A stretch of 39,274 bases of DNA from Patescibacteria group bacterium (GCA_049322955.1 JBMOPU010000012.1:747517-786790); one strand, 5' to 3'; shown: positions 1 to 11,144, counted from the stretch's first letter. Numbers and translations: made by a program. Notes: generated from the letters alone by a model not told the origin.

Positions 1-39
1 CCCCTAACCGCCGATATGGTACAGTGATATCTGTCGCCT

Positions 40-675
40 ATGACAAAACAGGAAAAAGCGCTCGAAATATACAAACGGCTGAAGAAATTCATGCCCGATC
101 CCAAAATCGAACTGGATTTCAAAAATCCGTTTGAGCTTCTGGTAGCCACCATCCTTTCCGCGCAATGCACCGATAAACTGGTTAATCAAGTGACCCCCGC
201 ACTGTTTGCCAAATACCCCACCCCGCAGGCGATGGCAAAAGCGGATGTCTCCGACATCGACAGACTGACGATCAAAATAAACTTCCACGCCAATAAGGCA
301 AAAAATATCAAAGCCGCCTCAGAAATGCTCCTTGAAAAATACGGTGGCGTCATGCCCAAAACCATGGAAGAACTGGATGCCCTCCCCGGTGTTGCCCGAA
401 AGACGGCAAACGTCATATTAGGAAGCGCATTCGGTATTGCGGAAGGCATTGTTATTGATACTCATGGTATCCGACTTACCAACAAACTGGGACTTACGAC
501 ATCCAAGGATCCCGTAAAGATCGAAGCGGAACTGATGGCGATGTTACCGCGTGAATACTGGATCGATTTCGGGCATCTTATCACCCTTCACGGGCGTCAT
601 ATCTGTACGGCTCGCCCGCATGATTGCTCCGACTGTCCGCTCGGGGACTTGTGTCCCGAATACCCCTGGCATTAA
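40..675 (+). CDS. nth: Endonuclease III (DNA glycosylase/AP lyase)
   Basis: PFELLVATILSAQCTD, HhH motif LPGVARKTAN, catalytic IDTH, C-terminal C-x6-C-x2-C-x5-C 4Fe-4S motif. Confidence 0.97.
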   Translation: MTKQEKALEIYKRLKKFMPDPKIELDFKNPFELLVATILSAQCTDKLVNQVTPALFAKYPTPQAMAKADVSDIDRLTIKINFHANKAKNIKAASEMLLEKYGGVMPKTMEELDALPGVARKTANVILGSAFGIAEGIVIDTHGIRLTNKLGLTTSKDPVKIEAELMAMLPREYWIDFGHLITLHGRHICTARPHDCSDCPLGDLCPEYPWH

Positions 676-677
676 CG

Positions 678-1118
678 CTATATGGCCGCGGTGAGGTTAT
701 AGACGGGAAGAATTATCGAAAAGATAATAAATCCCATTGCGGAAAGAAGGAGAAAGAAAAGTCCCATTTCGTACTTATAATCGACAAGCTTACTGATCAT
801 AATCATCTCGCCTGTTTTGTACTGGCGAAGTTTTTCATCCAGGACGCTTTCCGATTCGGGGCGAAGTGCCAAAATAGCAAAAATGACGACGACAAACACG
901 ACAGCACGCATTGTCGGGTTTGCGTACGCGGGAAGCTCCATACCGAAATCCTGGTACATCGCCGTGAGACGAGGCGTTACCATGAACTCTAAAATACCGA
1001 AAATGAGGGCGAGCGCTCCGGCAAAAATCCACGCGACAATGCTTCGTCGTTTGATAAGTTCTTTTGCGTCTTCTTTTTTGATATAGCCGAAATACGGTAA
1101 TGCTGAATATTGCATCAT
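678..1118 (-). CDS. Membrane protein resembling only the TM segments of PilC/GspF (T2SSF-like, miniature)
   Basis: 146 aa with three hydrophobic helices. FMVTPRLTAMYQDFGMELP and the C-terminal GFIIFSIILPVYNL resemble PilC segments. SD-like AAGGAGG upstream. Confidence 0.6.
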   Translation of the reverse strand: MMQYSALPYFGYIKKEDAKELIKRRSIVAWIFAGALALIFGILEFMVTPRLTAMYQDFGMELPAYANPTMRAVVFVVVIFAILALRPESESVLDEKLRQYKTGEMIMISKLVDYKYEMGLFFLLLSAMGFIIFSIILPVYNLTAAI

Positions 1119-1159
1119 AGGATGATTCCTCCTTCACTATCGTAAATCAGCGATACAAA

Positions 1160-1906
1160 TTACGAAAGGAGGACTTTTGCCTTCGCCAATTCTGAAAGGG
1201 CAAGTTTGCGAAATGCTCGTGCCGCATTCCACCGGTCGGTAGCCCGGGTAAGGATAAGCGTGCGGAGTACAATACTGCCGGGATTAATTGCCTCTACTCC
1301 TTCGACCCGGGAATTTTCATGCACGTATTGTCCCATGGTTTTATGCTTGCGGAGTGTAGTAAGCGCCGCAGTAAGCGCTACTTCTGCGCTCTCAAGGGGT
1401 TGGTTCGTTTTTATCGGAATATCCACAATCACGCGGGCGCCTCGCTTGGAATAATTGATAATCTTCTTAATCTCTCGGTTCGGGAATATATGGATTGCCC
1501 CGTTTTTGTCACGTAACCTGACGGTACGAAGACCCAATGATTCGGTTACCCCTTCGCTTCCCGCTATTTCCACATAATCTCCCACACGAATCGTGTCTTC
1601 GGTGAGGATAAATATCCCGGTAAAGAAATCTTCGATAAACGACCGAAGCCCCAAACCGATGACCAAACCCAAAACTCCCGCCGAGGCAAATAACGGCGTC
1701 ATGTTGATTTTTAGCGTCGTTAACACGTAATAGCCCGCAACGACATAGACCAACACGGTAAGCAAGCTTTTTAAGACAGAGAGATAGGTCGTCGTACGGG
1801 AGGATTGCAGGTTTTTGGGCACCCGGACCACTCGCTCGATAACAATATTGACGCCGAAAGCGGCAACGACGGGAATCAGTAATCGGAGGGCAAGTTCCAG
1901 ATTCAT
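1160..1906 (-). CDS. mscS: Small-conductance mechanosensitive channel family protein
   Basis: ASAGVLGLVIGLGLRSFIEDFFTGIFIL TM3 followed by IRVGDYVEI...GLRTVRLR...FPN, the MscS beta-domain signature. Confidence 0.93.
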   Translation of the reverse strand: MNLELALRLLIPVVAAFGVNIVIERVVRVPKNLQSSRTTTYLSVLKSLLTVLVYVVAGYYVLTTLKINMTPLFASAGVLGLVIGLGLRSFIEDFFTGIFILTEDTIRVGDYVEIAGSEGVTESLGLRTVRLRDKNGAIHIFPNREIKKIINYSKRGARVIVDIPIKTNQPLESAEVALTAALTTLRKHKTMGQYVHENSRVEGVEAINPGSIVLRTLILTRATDRWNAARAFRKLALSELAKAKVLLS

Positions 1907-1913
1907 GCCCCAT

Positions 1914-1922
1914 ATTATACCA
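1914..1922 (-). promoter_or_regulatory. Extended -10 (TGgTATAAT) 7 nt before the mscS ATG; probable leaderless promoter
   Basis: Minus strand reads tggTATAATatggggcATG; no SD. Confidence 0.65.
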
Positions 1923-1933
1923 ATTATCGCACC

Positions 1934-1962
1934 TTGAAGCCATTTTCCCCGTACCGTACCGT
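1934..1962 (+). promoter_or_regulatory. Putative sigma70 promoter TTGAAG-17-TACCGT, 6 nt before ATG 1969
   Basis: Canonical 17-nt spacer; the -10-to-ATG distance matches the other leaderless starts in this window. Confidence 0.5.
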
Positions 1963-1968
1963 CCCGGT

Positions 1969-2682
1969 ATGGCGTATGATACGTCTATGTTACTGCGGAA
2001 GCGTTTCAACCGATTTGCCGACAAACGGGGGACCTGGTTCCTTAAATCCATTGAAGACGCGCTCGTCGTCAAAATACTCCCTTTTCTTCCTCCCTGGCTC
2101 GAGACCTATCATTTGACCCTCTCGACGCTTTTCTGGATCGCTCTTATCCTCATAAGCGGCTATCTTGCCATCCAAAACATCAATTACCTCTGGCTCATGT
2201 CCCTTGGGGTCTTCGGACAATACGTCACTGACCGCCTGGACGGCGAGGTCGGACGTGCCAAAAATACGGGCCTTATCAAATGGGGATTTTATATGGATCA
2301 TTTTCTGGATTATCTTTTTTTATGCGCCATCGTCATCAGCTATTGGTTCCTTACCCCGTACGAGTATAAGTACATTCTCTTTGTGGTACTTGCCATCAGC
2401 GCCGCCTACTTCGTGCATATCGTGCTGTATTTTGGCATCACTGGCCAGTTTGAGGTCTCAAACGAAGGCGTAGGACCGTCGGAGTTTCGCATACTGGTTA
2501 TTCTGTTAAACACCATGCTTATCTATCTCGATCGGATTATATTCGTGCCGTTGCTTCTCGTGTTTTTCGGCGCCAATATTTTCTACCTCATCATGAGTAT
2601 TTATAAGACCCAAAAGAAAATATGGGCGATGGATATGCGGGCAAAAAACGAACAGGAAAAACGCACGTACCGGGTCCACTAA
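1969..2682 (+). CDS. CDP-alcohol phosphatidyltransferase family protein
   Basis: TDRLDGEVGR...GFYMDHFLD matches D-x2-DG-x2-(A)R...G-x3-D-x3-D; about six TM helices. Confidence 0.9.
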   Translation: MAYDTSMLLRKRFNRFADKRGTWFLKSIEDALVVKILPFLPPWLETYHLTLSTLFWIALILISGYLAIQNINYLWLMSLGVFGQYVTDRLDGEVGRAKNTGLIKWGFYMDHFLDYLFLCAIVISYWFLTPYEYKYILFVVLAISAAYFVHIVLYFGITGQFEVSNEGVGPSEFRILVILLNTMLIYLDRIIFVPLLLVFFGANIFYLIMSIYKTQKKIWAMDMRAKNEQEKRTYRVH

Positions 2683-3074
2683 CCGGTTACGTTGATGACA
2701 TGTTCCAGTGACCGTACCGCATGGGAATCGGCAGACAACAAGATCGCAATGACGTCGATGCGGAGCTTTTTGGGTACCTCTGGGTGTTGCCGGCTGAAGT
2801 AGTGTCCCGCGCGGATAATTTCGTCTATTTTGCGTTTCGTGACGGCTTCTTTGGGACTGCCGTAATAGGTTGAGGAGCGCGTTTTTACCTCTATAAACAC
2901 CAGGGTATCATCATCGACGGCCACAATATCCAGCTCGCCTTTTCCGCCGCGATAATTCCGGGCAAGGATGATGTAGGATTTTTTTTGAAGATACGAAACG
3001 GCGAGCGACTCGCCGAGAAGGCCTATGTTACTTTGCGGCCTGAGGTTTGGTTGCTTCGGCAATGCGGGTTGCAT
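2679..3074 (-). CDS. yraN: YraN family (UPF0102) PD-(D/E)XK nuclease-like protein
   Basis: GLLGESLAVSYL, RNYR, GELDIVA, LVFIEVKTR, RIDVIAI. Start uncertain (ATG 3074 or TTG 3062, both inside rplS). Confidence 0.9.
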   Translation of the reverse strand: MQPALPKQPNLRPQSNIGLLGESLAVSYLQKKSYIILARNYRGGKGELDIVAVDDDTLVFIEVKTRSSTYYGSPKEAVTKRKIDEIIRAGHYFSRQHPEVPKKLRIDVIAILLSADSHAVRSLEHVINVTG

Positions 3075-3438
3075 CTCGTCCGATCTTGCCGCGCAGGTAA
3101 TACAACTTTGCGCGCTTGACGGCACCATGCTTCTTGATTTCGATTTTTCGAATCCACGGAGAAATCACCGGGAAAATACGTTCGATACCGACGGCGGCCG
3201 CGCCTATCTTCCGTACGGTGAACATGGCGTTTTCATTACTTCCCTTGATGGCAATAACGATTCCTTCAAACACCTGGATGCGCTCGCGGGTTTCTTCTTT
3301 GACCTCGCGCTTAGTTTTGCCGGAAACTGTTTCCTTTTCGATGAGTTTGTAGTGCACGCGAACGGTATCACCGACGTGCATGTCAGCGGTCAATTCTTTG
3401 TCACCATCTTTACCGGTCCAAACAATGTGATTTGCCAT
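3028..3438 (-). CDS. rplS: 50S ribosomal protein L19
   Basis: VGDTVRVH, RIQVFEGIVIA, FTVRKI, GIERIFP, VKRAKLYYLR. Confidence 0.97.
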   Translation of the reverse strand: MANHIVWTGKDGDKELTADMHVGDTVRVHYKLIEKETVSGKTKREVKEETRERIQVFEGIVIAIKGSNENAMFTVRKIGAAAVGIERIFPVISPWIRKIEIKKHGAVKRAKLYYLRGKIGRDATRIAEATKPQAAK

Positions 3439-3456
3439 AGGAGTCAGTCAAGAAGC

Positions 3457-5139
3457 TTATTTTACCATTCCGGAAGCTTTGATACAAGCGCGGACATAGC
3501 TTATGAACAACGGGTGCGGTTCGAGCGGCCGTGAACGGTATTCGGGATGATATTGCGTTCCCAAGAAGAACGGGTGAACATCGGTCGGCAGTTCGATAAT
3601 TTCCGCCAGATTTTCGACGATTGATCGACCCGAAAATACCAATCCTTTTTCTTCCAACCGCTTGGTGAAATCGTCGTTAAACTCGTAGCGATGGCGGTGA
3701 CGCTCCCACACGGTGCGGTTTGCGGGATCGCTATAGCCGGAAAATTCGCGGTAACTTTGGTCGGCAAGCGAACCTTCCGTTACCTTACATTCCCATCGGC
3801 CTAATCGCATGGTACCGCCGTATGCCCGGCGCTTCTGATTTTCTTCCTGCATGGGATTCATGTGGATCACGGGGTACTTTGTGTGTTCGTCGCATTCCGT
3901 GGTGTTGGCACCCTCAAGTTTCAGAACATTGCGGGCATACTCAACAACCGCAAGTTGCATTCCGTAGCAAAGACCCAAATACGGGATTTTGTTTTCCCTC
4001 GCATAGCGGATGGCCTCCAACATGCCTTCCACACCTCTTGCTCCCCATCCGATAGGAACGATAATGCCCGCCACACCGGCAAGCAATTTTTCAGGAGCTT
4101 CGCCTTTTTCGATCTTTTCCGAGTTCACCCAACGGGTCTTGACCGTCACTCCCTCCGCCCATCCGGCATGATCGAGCGAATCCATCAGCGCGGCATACGA
4201 ATCACGAAGTTCGTAGTCCCCCGTACCGAAGTATTTGCCGACAATCGCCACTTCAATCGATTTCTTTTTGCTAGCCTTCACCCGTTCCAGGAGTTTCATC
4301 CAGTCGTCCATCGCTACCGCACGGTCAGGAAGCCCGAACATGGCAAGGATTTTTTGCGCAAATTGCTGTTCTTCAAACGTTTTGGGCACGGCGTACGGCG
4401 TTTCCTCGTCGGGGTTATTGATCACGTTTTCCGGCTCGACGTTACAAAACATCGCAAGCCGTTCGCGCCTACGAATGTCGATGGCTTTTTCGCCGCGGCA
4501 TACGATGAAGTCGGGTTGAATTCCCATCGATAGCAGGAATTTTACGGATAACTGTGTGGGCTTTGTTTTGGGTTCACCCAAGTGATGCGGCGTCGGCAGG
4601 TAGCTTACGTGCACATGCACGACCGGCGCTTTTTTGACGGTTTTTAATATGCGGGATGCTTCATAGTAGAGCATGTTTTGGTACTCACCGGCAGTACCCC
4701 CGAGCTCAATTACCACAATCTCGGCATCATCCTTCTTTGCCGCTTCATCCATGCGACGCAAAATCTCATCGGTGATGTGCGGGATCGCCTCGACGTCTTC
4801 CCCTTTGTACTCGAAATTCCGTTCCCGACCGATAACGGCGGTGTATATCTGTCCCATGGTCACAAAGTTGTGCCGATAGACATTTTTCCCGAGGAACTTC
4901 TCGTATGTGCCCATGTCCATATCTGCTTCGGTACCATCGTCACACAAGAACGGATCACCGTGTTCGATAGGATTAATAAGACCGGAGTCGAGATTGAGGT
5001 AGTTTTCAAATTTGACGGAGGTGACTTTGTAGCCTCTTGCCTGAAGGAGGTATCCAATGGAGGCGGCGGTAACGCCCTTTCCTAATCCGGAGAGCACACC
5101 GCCCGAAACAAAAATATACTTGGTTCCTGTAGGGTGCAT
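3457..5139 (-). CDS. pyrG: CTP synthase
   Basis: KYIFVSGGVLSGLGKG, KTKPTQ, GATase Cys in GLCYGMQ, ERHRHRYE, QYHPE. Confidence 0.97.
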   Translation of the reverse strand: MHPTGTKYIFVSGGVLSGLGKGVTAASIGYLLQARGYKVTSVKFENYLNLDSGLINPIEHGDPFLCDDGTEADMDMGTYEKFLGKNVYRHNFVTMGQIYTAVIGRERNFEYKGEDVEAIPHITDEILRRMDEAAKKDDAEIVVIELGGTAGEYQNMLYYEASRILKTVKKAPVVHVHVSYLPTPHHLGEPKTKPTQLSVKFLLSMGIQPDFIVCRGEKAIDIRRRERLAMFCNVEPENVINNPDEETPYAVPKTFEEQQFAQKILAMFGLPDRAVAMDDWMKLLERVKASKKKSIEVAIVGKYFGTGDYELRDSYAALMDSLDHAGWAEGVTVKTRWVNSEKIEKGEAPEKLLAGVAGIIVPIGWGARGVEGMLEAIRYARENKIPYLGLCYGMQLAVVEYARNVLKLEGANTTECDEHTKYPVIHMNPMQEENQKRRAYGGTMRLGRWECKVTEGSLADQSYREFSGYSDPANRTVWERHRHRYEFNDDFTKRLEEKGLVFSGRSIVENLAEIIELPTDVHPFFLGTQYHPEYRSRPLEPHPLFISYVRACIKASGMVK

Positions 5140-5144
5140 GGTTT

Positions 5145-5173
5145 AAGATACCAAAAAAAACCCTCCCCGTCAA
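5145..5173 (-). promoter_or_regulatory. pyrG promoter TTGACG-17-TGgTATCTT, 5 nt before ATG
   Basis: Minus strand reads TTGACG gggagggttttttttgg TATCTT aaacc ATG. Confidence 0.65.
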
Positions 5174-5212
5174 TATTTCTCCGTTTTTCACGGTAGGCAG
5201 GGCAGAAATGTA

Positions 5213-5731
5213 TCAGGATCGCTTCTTTTTTGTTGCTTTCAATGGTTTTTTTGCGGATTTCGGCGATTTTGAGGCTGATTTCGGGGCAAAATTCTTCTGA
5301 AACAGCGAGTAAAAAACGTCCCCTTTGGTGATGACGCCCACGACTTCGTCCTCGTCATTTAACACGGGCAGTTGATCCACGTGCCGGACGATCATGCGGG
5401 AAAGCGCCCGCATAACAAGCGTCGTCTCACGGCAAAAGATAACTGTCGTAACCATGATATCCCGAACCTTGAGCGGCGAGAGTTCCTTGATCCGGCTTTC
5501 CATGGCTTCAAAATCCTGCGGCGTCTCCAAAAACTCCAATACATCCTGATAATTCGGGTACAGCCGAGCCAGTAAATCTTTGCGGGTGATGATGCCGACT
5601 AACTTGTTTTGGCTATCAACGACGGGAACGGTGTGCCAGTGTGTGGAGAAAATCTTTTTCCAGACATCTCGATAGGATGTATCAGGGGTTACGGTCATGA
5701 CATCTCTGGACATGATGTCTGATACGGTCAT
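5213..5731 (-). CDS. CBS-pair (Bateman) domain protein with basic tail
   Basis: Two CBS repeats (VSDIMSRDVMTV...PVVD...VGIIT; VRDIM...LPVLN...VGVIT); Lys-rich C-terminus. Confidence 0.9.
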   Translation of the reverse strand: MTVSDIMSRDVMTVTPDTSYRDVWKKIFSTHWHTVPVVDSQNKLVGIITRKDLLARLYPNYQDVLEFLETPQDFEAMESRIKELSPLKVRDIMVTTVIFCRETTLVMRALSRMIVRHVDQLPVLNDEDEVVGVITKGDVFYSLFQKNFAPKSASKSPKSAKKPLKATKKKRS

Positions 5732-5738
5732 TTGTGAA

Positions 5739-5769
5739 AGTATAGCACAAATGAAAAGTATCTTGTCAA
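5739..5769 (-). promoter_or_regulatory. Promoter TTGACA-19-TGcTATACT, 7 nt before the CBS gene ATG
   Basis: Consensus hexamers with extended -10; spacer is long (19 nt). Confidence 0.6.
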
Positions 5770-5779
5770 CGGGGAAGGA

Positions 5780-6211
5780 TTATTGCGTCCTAAACGGTGA
5801 GGCTTTGTGTTTCCTTTTGCTGACCTTGAGCTCCAACATCGTGCGGTGCAATACGGCTATAGCCGCCGCTAATTCTTCACCTTTGGCTTTCCGTGCAATC
5901 AGATCTTTTGCGGAATCCATGGCCTTTTTGATCTCGGATTCGTTGATTTCATCGGCATGTACCGCACGGGAAACAAGGATGGTCACTTCCCCTTTGGGAC
6001 GAACTTCCATAAATCCTCCGCCGATCGCCAGATAAAATTCCTTGCCCTTGGCGGTAATCTTCACTTCCCCTTCCGCTAATTGGGTAAACAGCGGCTCATG
6101 CTTGGCGAGCACTTCGATCGTCCCGTCGGGCGTCGGCACGGAAACCGAATCCACCTGTTCGGAGAATGCTTTCCGCTGTGGCGTGATGACATCCAGAAGG
6201 AACTGATTCAT
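5780..6211 (-). CDS. atpC: F1 ATP synthase epsilon subunit
   Basis: LDVITPQR...VLAKHEPL...LAIGGGFMEV; last gene of the atp operon. Confidence 0.95.
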   Translation of the reverse strand: MNQFLLDVITPQRKAFSEQVDSVSVPTPDGTIEVLAKHEPLFTQLAEGEVKITAKGKEFYLAIGGGFMEVRPKGEVTILVSRAVHADEINESEIKKAMDSAKDLIARKAKGEELAAAIAVLHRTMLELKVSKRKHKASPFRTQ

Positions 6212-6214
6212 AGA

Positions 6215-8487
<2,273 letters not shown>

Positions 8488-8495
8488 ACCGTATG

Positions 8496-10004
8496 TTATT
8501 TAAAGGATTTTGCAAACTCGTTTATTGCCGTTTCCAACCCTTTTTCAATTTCCGGAGTAAGCACTTTCTCTTTGGCGATAGCGGTAAGCGTCTTTTTATG
8601 TCTCGCCGCAAGATAGGTCAGGAATTGTTTTTCAAATTCCGTTACCCGATTCACCGGCACTTCATCAAGATATCCTTTGCTTCCCGCCCACATGATCGCA
8701 ACCTGCTGGGTAACGGGCACCGGCTGGAACTGTCCCTGTTTTAGGAGTTCCATCATGCGGCTCCCGCGGGCAATCTGCTTTTTGGTTACCTCATCTACAT
8801 CGGAGGCAAATTGTGCAAATGCCGCAAGATCACGAAATTGTGCGAGATCCAAGCGAAGATTCCCGGACACTTTCTTCATGGCCTTAATCTGCGCGCTTCC
8901 TCCGACGCGGGATACCGAGAGTCCGACGTTGACTGCAGGTCGTTGTCCCGCATTGAAAAGATCGGATTCAAGATAAATCTGTCCGTCGGTAATCGAAATG
9001 ACGTTGGTCGGAATATAGGCGGACATGTCTCCTGCCTGTGTTTCGATGATGGGAAGGGCGGTGATCGATCCGCCGCCCTTGGCTTCAGAAAGCCGACATG
9101 CACGCTCAAGCAATCGACTGTGAAGGTAAAAGACATCTCCCGGATATGCCTCACGACCGGAGGGCCGGCGAAGCGTCAGGGATATCTGGCGATATGCCCA
9201 TGCGTGCTTTGACAAGTCGTCGTAGATGACTAACACATCCTTGCCTTTGTCCATGAAGTATTCACCGATCGCACACCCCGCATACGGGGCAAGATACTGA
9301 TACGTGACCGGATCACTGGACGTGGCGGCCACGATAATGGTGTGCGCCATGGCGTTGTGCTTTTCCAGATCCGCGATCACTTGAGCGACCCGGGAAGTTT
9401 TCTGCCCGATGGCGATATAGATACAGATTACGTCTTCGCCTTTTTGGTTGATGATCGTGTCGACGGCGATGGCCGTTTTTCCCGTGGAGCGGTCACCGAT
9501 AATAAGTTCTCGTTGTCCGCGACCGATCGGAATCATGGCATCGATTGCCTTGATACCGGTCTGAAGCGGGGTCGTTACCGCCTGCCGATGAACGACACCG
9601 GAAGCGATGTGCTCCATGGGATACCTGGTCTTTAAAGTTGCCTTCCCTTTGCCGTCCACGAGTTCTCCCAACGGATTGATCACGCGTCCCAACAATGCCT
9701 CGCCAACCGGAACGGAAAGCAGGGCACCGGTACTTTTGACTTCATCACCTTCTTTAAGCGTCAGATAATCGCCCAGGACGATGATGCCGACTTCGTCTTC
9801 CTCAAGGTTGACGACGACACCTTCAACTCCGTTTGCAAACGTCACCACTTCCAAGTACTTTGCTCCCGGAAGACCGGACGCTTTTGCCACACCATCAGCG
9901 AGCGTCGTGATATACCCTACGCGACGGGCTGAAACACCGGATTCATAGCTTTCCAGCTTTTTAACGAGTTCTTTAGCAATAAGTGATGCGGCGCTTGTTT
10001 TCAT
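8496..10004 (-). CDS. atpA: F1 ATP synthase alpha subunit
   Basis: [43 protein letters not shown]. Confidence 0.99.
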   Translation of the reverse strand: MKTSAASLIAKELVKKLESYESGVSARRVGYITTLADGVAKASGLPGAKYLEVVTFANGVEGVVVNLEEDEVGIIVLGDYLTLKEGDEVKSTGALLSVPVGEALLGRVINPLGELVDGKGKATLKTRYPMEHIASGVVHRQAVTTPLQTGIKAIDAMIPIGRGQRELIIGDRSTGKTAIAVDTIINQKGEDVICIYIAIGQKTSRVAQVIADLEKHNAMAHTIIVAATSSDPVTYQYLAPYAGCAIGEYFMDKGKDVLVIYDDLSKHAWAYRQISLTLRRPSGREAYPGDVFYLHSRLLERACRLSEAKGGGSITALPIIETQAGDMSAYIPTNVISITDGQIYLESDLFNAGQRPAVNVGLSVSRVGGSAQIKAMKKVSGNLRLDLAQFRDLAAFAQFASDVDEVTKKQIARGSRMMELLKQGQFQPVPVTQQVAIMWAGSKGYLDEVPVNRVTEFEKQFLTYLAARHKKTLTAIAKEKVLTPEIEKGLETAINEFAKSFK

Positions 10005-10008
10005 AGGT

Positions 10009-10368
10009 TTATGACGAAACGGTGACGATAGATGCCATGGCGTCTAATTGATTGCGGACACTGGTGTCCATCACCCAATCTGCCATGGTGATACGGATGC
10101 CTCCGATAAGCGAGGGGGTCACCACACTGGTAATGCTTACTTCATGTCCCGAAAGCTTTGCAAGCATGCGCGCAATACTCTGTAGCTCCGCGGAAGTGAG
10201 TTTCACCGCTGATTCTACCGTCGCACGGTGCTCGTGTTTGGCACTGTTCGACATTTTTATCAGCAATGACTGCACCTTGGGAGATACGTCACGGACTTTG
10301 CCGCTTTGCTTCAAGTGTGACATGACCCCTTCTACAAATCCTCGGGCATCTTTGGAAACAGATTTCAT
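10009..10368 (-). CDS. atpH: ATP synthase delta subunit (short, mainly C-terminal domain)
   Basis: [10 protein letters not shown]...PSLIGGIRI...DTSVRNQL is the OSCP/delta C-terminal signature; lies between atpF and atpA. Confidence 0.88.
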   Translation of the reverse strand: MKSVSKDARGFVEGVMSHLKQSGKVRDVSPKVQSLLIKMSNSAKHEHRATVESAVKLTSAELQSIARMLAKLSGHEVSITSVVTPSLIGGIRITMADWVMDTSVRNQLDAMASIVTVSS

Positions 10369-10386
10369 AGGAATACCTTGATCCGC

Positions 10387-10905
10387 TTATGCGGATTTCT
10401 TCTCCTCTCGTACGGCCCAGCTCTCCAGATCCTTTATGCGCTTGGCGATAAGGGCATGCTGTTCTTTGGCGCCCATGACCTGCGAGAGAACCCGCTTGGC
10501 CATGACGACAGCAAGCTCAACCGCCTCACGGGATATGTCCGCTTTGGCCGCTTTCTTTGTTTCCTCTGCTTCAACTTTTGCCCGGGCAAGGATAGCTTCC
10601 GCCTGTTTATGCGCTTCAACAACAAGCTCCTTTTCGGTTTCCTTGGCTTGTTTCTTGGCATCTTCGATAATGCCTAACGCATCTTCACGGGCCTTGGCGA
10701 GTGCTTTCTCATGGCCGGCTTTGAGTTTTTCTTCCTCTTCCCTCATTTTGGCCGTGAGCTCTACACCCTCCGCTATTTCCTTTTTCCTCTTTTCGAGCAT
10801 CGAAAGGATCGGCTTGTACAGTAATTTTTGGAGCACAAAAAGGATCACCAAAAAGTTGATGACCTGAGCTCCCAATAATGTTGGTTCAATACCTAGCTTA
10901 TCCAT
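10387..10905 (-). CDS. atpF: Fo subunit b
   Basis: N-terminal TM QVINFLVILFVL...YKPILSMLEKRK followed by a long coiled coil. Confidence 0.96.
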   Translation of the reverse strand: MDKLGIEPTLLGAQVINFLVILFVLQKLLYKPILSMLEKRKKEIAEGVELTAKMREEEEKLKAGHEKALAKAREDALGIIEDAKKQAKETEKELVVEAHKQAEAILARAKVEAEETKKAAKADISREAVELAVVMAKRVLSQVMGAKEQHALIAKRIKDLESWAVREEKKSA

Positions 10906-10916
10906 GGATCCTTTCG

Positions 10917-11144
10917 TTATACAAATTTGATAATAAGGGCGACGACGAGTGAGTAAATAGCGATAGCTTCAGCAAAAGCCACGCCCAAAATCATACTCGT
11001 TCGGATTTCACCTGCGGCTTCCGGGTTTCGACCCATGGCTTCAAGTGCTTTTCCGGTAAGGGCGCCGATGGCGATTGCCGGCCCGATACCTCCGAGTGCA
11101 ACGGTTGCACCCATCATGATTGTTTTTACAACTGCTTCTTCCAT
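10917..11144 (-). CDS. atpE: Fo subunit c
   Basis: 75-aa helical hairpin, GRNPEA loop, ion-carrier Glu in FAEAIAIY; strong SD AGGAGGTG. Confidence 0.97.
   Translation of the reverse strand: MEEAVVKTIMMGATVALGGIGPAIAIGALTGKALEAMGRNPEAAGEIRTSMILGVAFAEAIAIYSLVVALIIKFV

Noticed and set aside
3862-4533. 223-aa plus-strand ORF (and similar antisense ORFs over atp, gat, murT and the P1B genes)
   Set aside because: Fully antisense to well-supported genes; explained by codon bias.
10917-11144. Na+-coupled ATP synthase
   Set aside because: The c subunit has E-A (FAEAIAIY) rather than E-S/T and lacks the Gln in helix 1, consistent with H+ coupling.
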